64,000 nucleotides of DNA from Candidatus Multivorans sp. (GTDB taxonomy: Bacteria > Acidobacteriota > Thermoanaerobaculia > Multivoradales > Multivoraceae), in contig OZ245033.1 of the NCBI GenBank assembly GCA_965224025.1, positions 1,856,001 through 1,920,000 on the forward strand, read 5' to 3'. A model generated the notes under the pieces. It worked only from the letters and a program-made list of their open reading frames with translations. It made no database searches and was not told where the DNA came from. The position numbers were made by a program, and so were the translations under genes. Below, piece after piece: positions 29,956 to 39,647 of this stretch. Position 1 is the stretch's first letter. Each line of letters begins with the position of its first letter.

Positions 29956-30709
29956 AGCGGTAGCCCAAGTGCTTCTTGCCCTTGAAGTGCCGCCGGCACT
30001 CCTTCACACAGTCGCGCCGCGTGCCGTTCTGGCGACGGCAGTTGGTCACCGTCCGCCAGTTCACCCGCGAGTTGCGCCGACAGTCCTTCTTCACCTGCCA
30101 GCTCCACCGCTTCTTCCATGTCCTGCAGCCGTTGTCATCGAGCGACCACGCGCACAAGTTGACACGCCGGAACGACTCGTTGCAGTGACCCGGGTAGCGG
30201 TAGGAGCGCAGCGGCTGCGCTACCGACTGCGGCGCTGGAGCAAGCGAAAAAGGGTCGGCAGGGAGGTTCTCCACGGGGCCGTACTCCCACTCGTACCAGT
30301 CGACGCCGAACTCGATCGCCTTCTCGCGGTACCGCTGAACCACGCCGTACAGATGCATGACTTCGCTCTCATCCTAGTCTGCGAGGGCGAAGTAGCTGCG
30401 AATCTCCGCGGCCGTCCCGAGCAACGGCAGCGGCTCGGGCGGCGGCGGCGGGTTCTTCATGTACTCGCGATAGTCGCTGCCCTCCGGGGCGAATGCCTCG
30501 AACTCCTCGGCGAACGCCTTGATCTCCGCCTCGGTGTCGAGGCTGGCGAACCACTCCGCCTCATCGGAAAGCAGGTCGATCTCGGCCATTCGCAGGTGGA
30601 AGGCCAGGTCGTATTCCTCCAACATCTCCCTGTCGGTCATCGTGCTGGCCAGGACCCGGAGCTCCGAACGCATGGAGTCCGCGTCCTGGAAGTCCGGCAA
30701 CAGGCGCAC
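29942..30709 (-). pseudogene. Hypothetical protein split by an in-frame TAG (30374-30376); acidic N-half and Cys-rich basic C-half
   Basis: ORFs 30374..30709 and 29942..30358 share a frame and read ...ALAD*DESEVMHLY...; the 5' end abuts an unrelated plus-strand fragment. Confidence 0.5.
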
Positions 30710-31279
30710 TGGGGGTTCGTGGGGGTCTGGTCGGCCGGCAGCGCCAGCAACAGCACGGCTAGCGCTGTGCGAGACACGACAACGGAGAACGTGAAGGTCT
30801 ACTACCGGGAGGCCAACGACGGCCTGGAGGGAATCGCAGACCGCTCAGCGTTCTCGTGCAGTGACGCGGCGGCGCCCGACCCCGAGCCGGAACCGGAGCC
30901 AGACCCCGAGCCGGAGCCTGAGCCCGCGTGCAGCGACAGGACCTGCCTGTTGCAGGACGGTCGCTTCAGGGTGAAGGCGTGGTACGTGCTGGCCGGCGAC
31001 GCCAAGAGCCGAGCGGCCAACACCATAGATGTGGACCTGGGCGCGCCTGCGGGACTGTTCGCCTTCGACGCCGGAGAGCCGGAACTGTTGGTGAGAATCA
31101 CCGATCGCTGTGCGTGGAACGGGCACTACGCGGTGTACGCCGCCGCGGGGTCGGATGCCGTGCGGTACAACGTGGCGGTGAGGGACACGGAGACGAATGA
31201 GCTCAGGTGGTTCCGCGGCCGGTACGGCGCGGTGGTCATGGACAGCGCGGCGTTTCCCTGTACCGGGGCCGCTCACTAA
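30706..31279 (+). pseudogene. 3' fragment of a surface protein with a PE linker and Thermoanaerobaculia-type C-terminal domain
   Basis: Tail of one domain copy (VRDTTT..Y...DRSAFSC), a (PE/PD)n linker, then a full copy CLLQDGRFRV..W...ELLVRITDRC..NGHY.V...VRDTET...DSAAFPC; no credible N-terminus. Confidence 0.6.
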
Positions 31280-31318
31280 CCGGGCCGATCACGGCCCACC
31301 AACCAAGAGGATCACTGG

Positions 31319-31597
31319 ATGGGACCTGAGTGGTTCATCGCCTCCGTCACTGCTGCGCTCAAAGCCATCGAGATGTTCAGGAAGGACCCGAAACGAGACT
31401 CCGTTGACGACGACGGGATCAACAACGACCTGGCTCTTGCCGAGATCCGTTTCAACTCGACCCTTACGCTCGTTTGCGCCATGGCACTCCTGGCGGCTGA
31501 GGCCGACACTTCCAGCCCTAAGTTCGAGACCGGCCTTGAGCGCCTCCTGAAAGACGCTACGAAGGACTATGAAGAAGCGCTTTCACGCTACTCCTGA
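31319..31597 (+). CDS. Small hypothetical protein
   Basis: 92-aa ORF with AAGAGG upstream and protein-like composition; no family recognised. Confidence 0.45.
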   Translation: MGPEWFIASVTAALKAIEMFRKDPKRDSVDDDGINNDLALAEIRFNSTLTLVCAMALLAAEADTSSPKFETGLERLLKDATKDYEEALSRYS

Positions 31598-31769
31598 CGA
31601 GCCCTGACAGCAGACGCGCCCGGGCCCGTCGCTCCTCCATCTCCCATGCTCGCATCACATGGACCTCGATTACCCGGAGTGCCTGCCGAACGTCATCGGC
31701 GGTCTCAAAGACCATCGGCATCTGATCCTCGCCCGCGCGAGTCCGTCTCGCCGGATTCAAACTGAGACA

Positions 31770-32187
31770 CTACCCGATACCGCGCCCGCAGCAGCAACGC
31801 CCCAAGCAGTTTGAAGAGATTGAGCGAAACGGAGTCGGCCGCAATCACCTCGTCCTCGGCGACGCCGAGCAACGGAGCAATCCGCGCCCCAATCCGTTCA
31901 GGCAGCTCGAGCCAGTCGTGCCGGTTCCAGGCGGCGACCATATCCGTTCCCCACTCCCCGGCAATCAGCCCCTCCGCGCGCGCCAGCATCGTCCGTGGAA
32001 CTGGGCCGAGCGAGTTTCCGCAGAGATAGATCAGCCCTTCCGGCAACTCGAATCGATCGCGAAAGCGCGCCAGCGGATCGCACCGGTCCAGCTCCAGCAG
32101 TTCACCCCGCTGGAGTGCGCCGGAGGCCTCCCCTGTACCCACGGTCACGGGCCGCGAGTCGCGCTTCGGAACCATGGACGGAATCAT
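31770..32187 (-). pseudogene. kynU: Kynureninase, 5' fragment only
   Basis: DPLARFRDRFELPEGLIYLCGNSLG...WNRHDW..LP..IG..IAPLLG...DSVSLNLFKLL, then runs into the element arm (VVSQFE); no PLP-lysine region. Confidence 0.85.
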
Positions 32188-32238
32188 AGAGAAGCCGGCT
32201 GCGCCTCCGTGTCACATCTGTCCGCACATCGGCCGTAG

Positions 32239-32429
32239 ATCGTGGTGGGATTCTCCACACTGATCAGCAAGTCGTTCCGCATCCGGCGCCGGATCATTCT
32301 GAACCGCGTTACACCCAATGCCGCTCTGCGCTGCGCACAATGCTGCTGGGGTCGGCCGCCTTCTCCATGTGCCTCATGCATCACGTCGGGCGCCTGGGCG
32401 GCGACTTCACCGAAGACTCGAAGCGCTGA
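32239..32429 (+). pseudogene. Decayed remnant of an MpaB/Lcp-family oxygenase paralogue
   Basis: GFSTLISKSFRIRRRIILN, MPLCAAH and MLLGSAAFS..LMHHVGRLGGDFT match segments of the intact gene at 41085-42260. Confidence 0.8.
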
Positions 32430-32433
32430 TGGC

Positions 32434-33351
32434 TCAGCGGCTCGACGCGCCGGCAGCCGGCCGGCCCGCGTCCAGGTCGGCGTGCATGGCGGCGACCATT
32501 GTGGCCACCTCGGGCCGAGTCAGCTTCGAGCCGGGCCCCTGCTCCTCCACCCGGTCCAGCGTCGCCCAGGCGAGACGCACCGGCAGGCTGGCGAAAGCGA
32601 TGTAGCCGCGCGGTGCGCCCGCATTCTGCAGGTGATCCACGTACTCCCCGGCAACCACGAGGTCCGCGCGAGCGAGTTCGAAGGCCAGCTTCCGGTCGCG
32701 AGCGCTCGGAATGAAGGTCCTGCCCTCGTCCGCATCCGCAGTCGAGTCCTTGAGGATGTTCACTAGCTGCAGCGCCTCGCCGAAGGTCGCGGCGCGGCGA
32801 CGAAGCGCTTCCGCGACCGGCTCCAGGGATGCGCCGAGCAGGAACAACTCGGTCAGCATCTCGCCGACGATGCCGGCGACGACGTAGCAGTAGTCCCGGA
32901 GATCGGGGATGCCGGCAAGCCGGAGCTCGCCGTCGTGGTCAGCGCGCCTCACGATGTGCGCCATGCCGATGCAGGTGCGGCGTACGTGATGGCCGACGAC
33001 CCGCCGGGCAGCCGAGTCGAGAGCCTCGTATGCCGAAAGCACTTCGTCTGTAGCCTGGAGCAGCTCCAGATAGCCCTCGTGACGCGTGGGAGGCTCCCCA
33101 AGCCAGGACTCGACCACTCCCCTTGCCACGCCATCCACCGTCTCGCCCGAGTCCGTCAGCAGATCGGCGAAACGAAACAGAGCCTCAACCCGTTGCTCGC
33201 GGCGCCAGACCGCCGCATCCTCAAGTGTGTCGGCGATACGAAGCAGCAGATAGCCCAGCGTCACCTGCCGCCTCGTCCCACCCTTGAGTTGCGGAATCGA
33301 GAGAGCGAATGTCCTGCTCGTCTTGACCAGTAGATCTTCGAGATCAGCCAT
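32434..33351 (-). CDS. Squalene synthase-like head-to-head prenyl condensing enzyme
   Basis: TSRTFALSI, YLLLRIADTLED, YCYVVAGIVG, LQLVNILKD..AD..EGRTFIP. Confidence 0.88.
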   Translation of the reverse strand: MADLEDLLVKTSRTFALSIPQLKGGTRRQVTLGYLLLRIADTLEDAAVWRREQRVEALFRFADLLTDSGETVDGVARGVVESWLGEPPTRHEGYLELLQATDEVLSAYEALDSAARRVVGHHVRRTCIGMAHIVRRADHDGELRLAGIPDLRDYCYVVAGIVGEMLTELFLLGASLEPVAEALRRRAATFGEALQLVNILKDSTADADEGRTFIPSARDRKLAFELARADLVVAGEYVDHLQNAGAPRGYIAFASLPVRLAWATLDRVEEQGPGSKLTRPEVATMVAAMHADLDAGRPAAGASSR

Positions 33352-33465
33352 TGCCGGAACGCCCCAGTGTACCGATGCTCCAACGACAGAGTCCCGAGAC
33401 CCGCCAACTGCTCCAACTGCTATCGTGACGTTTCTACCGAGCATCGACAGCACCAGACTGCCCAA

Positions 33466-34980
33466 ATGACCGCTACCAGGATCGCTTCCTTCCAGCTCCT
33501 CGCGGCCCTCACGCTCGCCTCCTGCTCCCTCGCCCCGCCGCCGGAGTTGCCACGGCCGGGCACGGAAATGCCGGAGGACTTCGCGCGAAGTCCGGCCCCG
33601 GGCCCTTACCAGCCGCTCCAGTGGTGGAAATCGTTCGGCGATCCGGCGCTCGACCGGGTGGTCGACTCGGTGCTTGAGTCCAATCTGGACATGGCGGTGG
33701 CGGTCGCACGTGTCGAGCAGGCCCGAGAGAGGGCAAGAATCGCGAAGGCTGCGGTTCCGCCAGTCGTCCAGGGCCGCGCGGGGATCAACGATCTCAGCAC
33801 GCCGACCAACGCGGGGTTCGGCGCGCAGATACAGGAGTTGGGCCTGGGAGACTTGGCGCCCGGCTTCTCGTTGCCAGAGCGGCTGGGGATCACGACCTAC
33901 TCGCTCGGCGCGGACTTTTCCTACGAAATGGACTTCTGGGGCCGCGTCCGCAGCGACGCGCTCGCGGCCGGCGCGGAGTACCTCGCCTCGGAGTCGGACT
34001 ACCAGGCGGCCCGCATCGGGATCCTGGCTGAGACGATCAAGACTTACTTCGAGATCGCGGACCTGAGGCGGCAAATCGATCTCACCACCGAAATGGTCGA
34101 TGTCCTTCGGGAGCGCGAGAACGTGGCTTCAACCCGGTACGACCGCGGGCTGTCCGACTCGCTCGACCTCTACCGGGTGCGCCAGGAACTGCGGAACACG
34201 CAGGCGGGCCTGCCAAAGCTCCAGAACCTCCTGGCGAGCGCCGAGGCCCGCCTCGCCACGCTCCTGGGCGGCTACCGGACTGACTTGGACGCGATCCTGC
34301 CCGGCACGCTCTCTCCGGCGGATGCAACGGGGTCCGTGCCGGTCGGGATCCCCGCGGATCTCCTGTTTCAACGGCCGGACGTCAGGGCGGTCGGCCTGAG
34401 GCTGGAAGCTGCTCGGCACCAGATCAGCGCTCGCCGGGCGGAATTGCTCCCCACCCTCTCCTTCTCCGGCTCGATCGGACTTCAAAGCTCCGAGATCGAC
34501 GGACTGTTCAAGGTGGATCAGTGGTTCACGAACCTGGCCTCGAACCTGCTCGCGCCTGTCTTTCAGGGTGGCCGGCTGCGCAGCAACGTCACATTGGCCG
34601 AGACCCGCTTCCAGGAGGTTGCTGCCGCGTACGCACAGACCGTAGTGACGGCCGTCAACGAAGTCGAGGCGGCTCTGGCCGTGTTGCAGAATGAGGGCCA
34701 GAGATACACACTGCTCGCCTCGCGGCTCGAAGAAGCCGAGGCGACAGTCGAACTCCGGTCGCAAAGATACGAAGCGGGAATCGGCGGCTACGCCGACTTC
34801 CTGGACGCCCTGCTGACGCGGCTGAACGTGAGACTCGCTCTCGCGGGCGCGGGCCACGATGTGGCTCTGGCCCGGCTCGCCGTCCACCGTGCCCTGGGGG
34901 GCGCCTGGACCGCTTCAGAACCGATTGACACACCGCAGATGGCATCGGCATCAGCCGCGCCAGACGAACCAACTGAATAG
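33466..34980 (+). CDS. RND efflux outer-membrane lipoprotein (NodT/OprM family)
   Basis: Lipobox LASC, WWKSFGDPALD, SYEMDFWGR, LLFQRPDVRA, LHRALGG-like C-terminus (VHRALGGAW). Confidence 0.92.
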   Translation: MTATRIASFQLLAALTLASCSLAPPPELPRPGTEMPEDFARSPAPGPYQPLQWWKSFGDPALDRVVDSVLESNLDMAVAVARVEQARERARIAKAAVPPVVQGRAGINDLSTPTNAGFGAQIQELGLGDLAPGFSLPERLGITTYSLGADFSYEMDFWGRVRSDALAAGAEYLASESDYQAARIGILAETIKTYFEIADLRRQIDLTTEMVDVLRERENVASTRYDRGLSDSLDLYRVRQELRNTQAGLPKLQNLLASAEARLATLLGGYRTDLDAILPGTLSPADATGSVPVGIPADLLFQRPDVRAVGLRLEAARHQISARRAELLPTLSFSGSIGLQSSEIDGLFKVDQWFTNLASNLLAPVFQGGRLRSNVTLAETRFQEVAAAYAQTVVTAVNEVEAALAVLQNEGQRYTLLASRLEEAEATVELRSQRYEAGIGGYADFLDALLTRLNVRLALAGAGHDVALARLAVHRALGGAWTASEPIDTPQMASASAAPDEPTE

Positions 34981-34992
34981 AGAAGCAGACAC

Positions 34993-36219
34993 ATGAGTCG
35001 ACGAACAGGCTGGCTCATCGCCGGCGTCATCCTGATCGGGTCCGTTGCCTTGGCCGCCCTGATGGTCTCCCGTAGGCCCGAGCCGGAGCGCCGGCCGCAA
35101 CCCTCGCAGGTTCCTTTCGCGATCACGGCGCCAGTCGCGGCCGGCGAGGGCGCAATCCCGGTCCATGGGGCCGGGACCGTGCGGCCCCGCGCCGAGATCG
35201 ACATCGCCGCGGAGGTCAGCGGCAGGGTGGGTTGGGTAGCGCCGGCGTTCCAGAGCGGCGGACGCGTGCGCGAAGGACAGCCGCTCTTCCGCGTTGAGGA
35301 CGTGGACTACCGAAACAGGGTGGAGCAAGCGCGCGCCGACATCGCGGTACGGCAACTCGAACTCCTGAAGGTGCAGGAGGAAGCCAACGTTGCGCGCGCC
35401 CAGTACGAGCAGTTCAAGCAGCGGCAGGCGGACGAAGGATCCGCTTCGGATGCCAGCCCCCTGGCTCTGTGGCAGCCCCAGATAGCGGCCGCGGAGGCCG
35501 AGCTGGCCAGAGACAGCGTTGCGCTGGCCGAAGCCGAGCTGAACCTCTCACGCACGGAGGTCAGAGCCCCCTTCAGCGGGGTCGTGCGGACCGAGTCGGT
35601 CGACGTAGGACAGTTCGTAGCGGCCGGCCAGGGTGTTGGACGGCTCTACGCATCCGACGCGGTCGAGGTCGTGGTCCCTCTTTCCGACGCCGGCGCCGCC
35701 CTCCTCCCGGGCCTGTGGGACCTGAGGGCCGGCGACGGCAACCGGCGGATCGCGGCCCGCGTCACCGCCGAGTATGGCGACGGCAGATACACGTGGGAGG
35801 GCTACGTCGATCGCGCCGAGGCCTCCCTGGACGAACAGACGCGGACGATCGAAGTGATCGTGCGCGTTCCGAGACCGTTCGCGGGCGGCGCCGGGAAGGA
35901 GGCCGGCGACGAGGATCCGGTAGCTGAGGCGGGAGGCGGTCCGCCCCTTCTGGTCGGCAAGTTCGTGGAAGTAGAACTTGAGGGCGTCGCGCCTGACAGG
36001 TATTTCATCGTGAGGCGGCCGGCGCTCAGGCCCGGCAGCGAGGTCTGGGCGGTACGAGACGACACCGTGACGATCGTCCCCATCCGTGTCCTTCAGCGTT
36101 CCGATGACAGCGTGCTCGTGATCGGAGAGCTCCAGGCGGGTGAGGCGGTCGTCGTGGGCGGAATTCGGGTGGCTACCGAAGGCATGGCGGTGCGGACTGA
36201 AGCCGCGGGGAACTCGTGA
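34993..36219 (+). CDS. RND efflux periplasmic adaptor (MFP)
   Basis: N-terminal TM, AEVSGRV, TEVRAPFSGVV, LDEQTRT. Confidence 0.92.
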   Translation: MSRRTGWLIAGVILIGSVALAALMVSRRPEPERRPQPSQVPFAITAPVAAGEGAIPVHGAGTVRPRAEIDIAAEVSGRVGWVAPAFQSGGRVREGQPLFRVEDVDYRNRVEQARADIAVRQLELLKVQEEANVARAQYEQFKQRQADEGSASDASPLALWQPQIAAAEAELARDSVALAEAELNLSRTEVRAPFSGVVRTESVDVGQFVAAGQGVGRLYASDAVEVVVPLSDAGAALLPGLWDLRAGDGNRRIAARVTAEYGDGRYTWEGYVDRAEASLDEQTRTIEVIVRVPRPFAGGAGKEAGDEDPVAEAGGGPPLLVGKFVEVELEGVAPDRYFIVRRPALRPGSEVWAVRDDTVTIVPIRVLQRSDDSVLVIGELQAGEAVVVGGIRVATEGMAVRTEAAGNS

Positions 36220-39200
36220 GCAGAGACGACGGCTCCGCGCGCGAGTTGCGCGGCCCCATCGCCTACATGGTCAGGAACGGCGTCGCCGCCAACCTCCTGA
36301 TGTTCTTCATCGTGGCGGCCGGCCTCGTGTCGATGAACGGGCTCGTGCAGGAGGCGTTTCCGGTGCTTGCCTTTGACGCGGTCGAGATCGTCGTGGCCCA
36401 CCCCGGCGCCACACCCGACGAAGTAGAAGAGTCGATCGTCCTGAAGATCGAGGAACAGGTCAAGTCGCTCGACGGCGTGCGGGAAGTCACTTCCATCGCA
36501 GGGGAAGGCGTCGCGTCAGTCATCGCCGGGCTCAAAGCGGGCGCCGACATCAGCCGGGCCGTCGACGACATCGAGTCCGCGGTCGGCCGCATCCACACTC
36601 TCCCGGCCCAGTCGGAGCGTCCGGAAGTCCGCGAGATGACGAACCGCCAGAGCGTGATCCGTCTGGTGGTATACGGCGATGTCTCCGAGCGTGCACTCAA
36701 GGAACTGGCGTATCGCGTCGAGGACGAGATCGCCACGCTGCCCGCAGTGTCCTACGTAGAGACGAGCGGCGTACGAGCCTACGAGATCTCGATCGAAGTG
36801 CCCCTTCACCGGCTCCGGTCTCTGGGCCTGACGCTCGAGGACATCTCGAACGCGATCCGCCGTGGTTCCCTCGAGCTGTCGGCAGGCAGCATCGAGACCC
36901 GGGACGCAGACGTGCGAGTACGAACCACCGGCCGGGCCGCCAACCAGCAGGACTTCGAGGAGATCATCGTCATCGGCCGGAGCGACGGCACGGCGATTCG
37001 TCTGGGCAATATCGCAGAGATTCGAGACGGCTTCGCGGACGTGGACGTCATTACCCGGTATCAGGGGAAGCGAGCCGCGTTCGTCGAAGTCTACCGGGCC
37101 GCGGGCGAACAGGTTCTCGATGTTGCAGAGGCCGTAGAGACGCACGTCGAAGAAGACATCAGTCCCTCCCTGCCCGCCGGCGTCGCGATCGACATCTGGA
37201 GCAACGACGCGGAGATTTACGAGGACCGACTAGGGCTCCTCCTTGAGAACGGCATTCTGGGCCTACTGCTCGTCCTCGTCGCGCTCACTCTCTTCTTGGA
37301 GATCCGGCTCGCCATCTGGGTTGCCCTCGGCATAGGCATCTCTTTCGTCGGGTCTCTCTCTGCCGCCATGGTATTGAACGTCTCCGTCAATACGATCTCC
37401 CTGTTCGCGTTCATCCTCGCGGTCGGCATCGTGGTCGATGACGCGATCATGGTCGCAGAGCACATCCACGCCGAGCGCCAAAGGGGCACGCCCGGGTTGA
37501 CCGCGGCAATCCGCGGAACCCGGCGAATCAGGAGGCCCCTGGTGTTCGCGGTGCTAACGACCATCGCCGCCTTCGCCCCGCTTCTTTTTCTACCCGGACC
37601 CCTCGGAAAGGTGATGGGCGCGATCCCGATCATCTTGATCGCGGTGCTCGTCGTCTCGCTGATCGAATCGACGCTGATCCTGCCGCGGCACCTGTCCCAC
37701 CTGCCCGATCCGGATTGGAAACCCACTCATCCCGTAGAGCGCTTCTTCTCCTCGGTTCAGACCCGCGTGGACGCAGAGCTGAAGCGGTTCGTTGAGGGGC
37801 CCCTCGACCGCGGCGTGCGGGCAGCCACTCGCCACCCGGTAGTCGTGATAGCGGCCGGCATCGCAATGCTCATCATCTGCGTTGCCCTTGTGCCAGCCGG
37901 AATCCTCGGAGTCGTCTTGGCGCAGCGCGTCGAGAGCGACATCGTCGTCGCCAACCTGGAGATGCCGGCCGGCACACCCGCGCGCCGGACCGCCGACCTT
38001 GCGACGACTCTCGAAGCCGCCGGACGGCGGGCTATCGACCGTCTGTCAACAGGCCGACCCGACTACGCGGCGCCGCTCCTGGCAGGAGTCAACCTCGCAG
38101 TGGGCATGAAGCCCCGAACGTTGGGGGGAGCGATCGCTCAGGAACCCCACCTCCGACCACAGGCCAACATCGCCGCCGTGGAGTTCAAGCTGCTGGAAGC
38201 CGAGAGCCGAGACATCAGCTCCGGTACCTTCCTGCAGGCGTGGCGCCAGGAGGCGGGCACGATGCCGGAGGCGCGCAGCCTCACCTTCTCGGCCGAGCTG
38301 CTTGACTTGGGTCTACCCGTCCAGGCCGAACTGTCGCACCCGGACACCGACCGCCTCGGCCAAATCGGTGATGCGGTGAGCGAGCGCCTTCGTCAGCTTG
38401 AAGGGGTCTTCGACGTTCAGTCGGATCATGCAGTCGGCCTCCAGGAGATTCAGCTCGAACTGCGACCGGAAGCCAGGAGCCTGGGCCTGACCCTGGATGA
38501 TCTGGCCCGACAGGTGCGATCCGCGTTCTTCGGCGACGAATCCCTCCGCATACAACGGGGACGGGAGGATGTCCAGGTCTACGTTCGCCTTCCCGCGCGG
38601 GAGCGAGATGCGATCGCCGACGTCGAGAGCTACCTGGTTCGCACTCCGGCCGGCGCGGAGGTGCCGCTCCACCGCGTCGCCGAGACGAGCCTTGGCCACT
38701 CGCCTTCCTCCATTCGGCGCAAGGATGGCCAACGGATCGTCACGGTAACCGCGGATGTGGACACCACCATCGTCACCGGTGCGGAAGTGAACGACATCCT
38801 GGCCACGACGATCCTGCCTGATCTGGCCGATGACCATCCCGGGCTCAGATACGCCTTCGGCGGCGAGCAGCAGCAACAACTCGAGTCCTTCGACTCTCTG
38901 GCGCGCGGCTTCGTTCTTGCGCTTCTCTTCATCTATTCGTTGCTTGCGATTCCCCTCGGGTCCTACACCAAGCCCCTCATCATAATGGCGGTCATTCCCT
39001 TCGGACTCGTCGGCGCGATCCTGGGCCACCTGATCATGGGAATCGATCTGAGCATCGCGTCGATGTGGGGCATCATTGGACTCACTGGCGTCGTAGTGAA
39101 CGACTCCCTCGTCATGATCGATTTCATCAACGAAAAACTGCGGCAAGGCGCACCGGCAAGGAGCGCGATCATAGACGGGGCCAAGGGACGCTTCAGACCG

Positions 39201-39422
39201 ATCTTCCTAACCTCGCTGACGACATTTCTTGGATTCTCTCCCCTGATTTTCGAGCAAAGCATCCAAGCGAAGTTCCTGATCCCCCTGGGTGTGTCAATGG
39301 GCTTCGGAATCGTTTTTGCCACCCCGATCCTGATGATGATCGTGCCTGCGCTCTCCACTCTGCACTTCCGCGCTACAGGTCCCCACCGAGCCCACCCAGC
39401 CGTGCGCGTCGCGTCCGGGTAG
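36216..39422 (+). CDS. RND efflux permease (AcrB/D/F family)
   Basis: NGVAANLLM, GIVVDDAIMVAE, GVVVNDSLV, RFRPIFLTSLTT; 1068 aa. Confidence 0.95.
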   Translation: MSRDDGSARELRGPIAYMVRNGVAANLLMFFIVAAGLVSMNGLVQEAFPVLAFDAVEIVVAHPGATPDEVEESIVLKIEEQVKSLDGVREVTSIAGEGVASVIAGLKAGADISRAVDDIESAVGRIHTLPAQSERPEVREMTNRQSVIRLVVYGDVSERALKELAYRVEDEIATLPAVSYVETSGVRAYEISIEVPLHRLRSLGLTLEDISNAIRRGSLELSAGSIETRDADVRVRTTGRAANQQDFEEIIVIGRSDGTAIRLGNIAEIRDGFADVDVITRYQGKRAAFVEVYRAAGEQVLDVAEAVETHVEEDISPSLPAGVAIDIWSNDAEIYEDRLGLLLENGILGLLLVLVALTLFLEIRLAIWVALGIGISFVGSLSAAMVLNVSVNTISLFAFILAVGIVVDDAIMVAEHIHAERQRGTPGLTAAIRGTRRIRRPLVFAVLTTIAAFAPLLFLPGPLGKVMGAIPIILIAVLVVSLIESTLILPRHLSHLPDPDWKPTHPVERFFSSVQTRVDAELKRFVEGPLDRGVRAATRHPVVVIAAGIAMLIICVALVPAGILGVVLAQRVESDIVVANLEMPAGTPARRTADLATTLEAAGRRAIDRLSTGRPDYAAPLLAGVNLAVGMKPRTLGGAIAQEPHLRPQANIAAVEFKLLEAESRDISSGTFLQAWRQEAGTMPEARSLTFSAELLDLGLPVQAELSHPDTDRLGQIGDAVSERLRQLEGVFDVQSDHAVGLQEIQLELRPEARSLGLTLDDLARQVRSAFFGDESLRIQRGREDVQVYVRLPARERDAIADVESYLVRTPAGAEVPLHRVAETSLGHSPSSIRRKDGQRIVTVTADVDTTIVTGAEVNDILATTILPDLADDHPGLRYAFGGEQQQQLESFDSLARGFVLALLFIYSLLAIPLGSYTKPLIIMAVIPFGLVGAILGHLIMGIDLSIASMWGIIGLTGVVVNDSLVMIDFINEKLRQGAPARSAIIDGAKGRFRPIFLTSLTTFLGFSPLIFEQSIQAKFLIPLGVSMGFGIVFATPILMMIVPALSTLHFRATGPHRAHPAVRVASG

Positions 39423-39647
39423 GTCGCAGGCAAACAACTGCAGGGAGGCTCTCACAATTGCCGCCGCGCGCGTTGTCTGAAGAAGATCTCGTAGACCGTG
39501 GGCTGACCGTGGGCGAACCCGTTTCGCCGACCAATCTCGCATGTGCTAAACTGTCGCGTCTGAGCAACAGCCTCCTACGCACCCGTACCCTGCGTGGGGT
39601 CCGAACACCGACAACCCCAGGCCGCAACGCCGGCCCTACACAGGCAC

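Larger units (their letters stand above)
27700..31777. mobile_element. ~4.07 kb non-autonomous element bounded by 17-bp inverted arms and a duplicated CCGA core
   Basis: Left end CCGA|GTATTGTCTCAGTTTGA (27700-27720); right end TCAAACTGAGACACTAC|CCGA (31757-31777). The arms match 16/17 as reverse complements. The cargo is fragmentary and the right end abuts a truncated kynU. Confidence 0.7.

Noticed and set aside
30374-30376. Pyrrolysine or programmed read-through of the in-frame TAG
   Set aside because: No pyl genes in the window and the surrounding cargo is decayed; a nonsense mutation or sequencing error is simpler.
31557-31760. Small minus-strand ORF at the element's right end
   Set aside because: Short, overlaps the convergent ORF and has no recognisable motif; cannot be supported as a gene.
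31807-31815. CAGTTTGAA inside kynU resembling the element arm
   Set aside because: It encodes the conserved FKL of kynureninase, and its spacing to the core is not mirrored on the left side; probably coincidence.
33403-33421. ccaactgct tandem duplication in the synthase/RND divergent region
   Set aside because: Only two 9-bp copies and no regulator nearby; too weak to call an operator.
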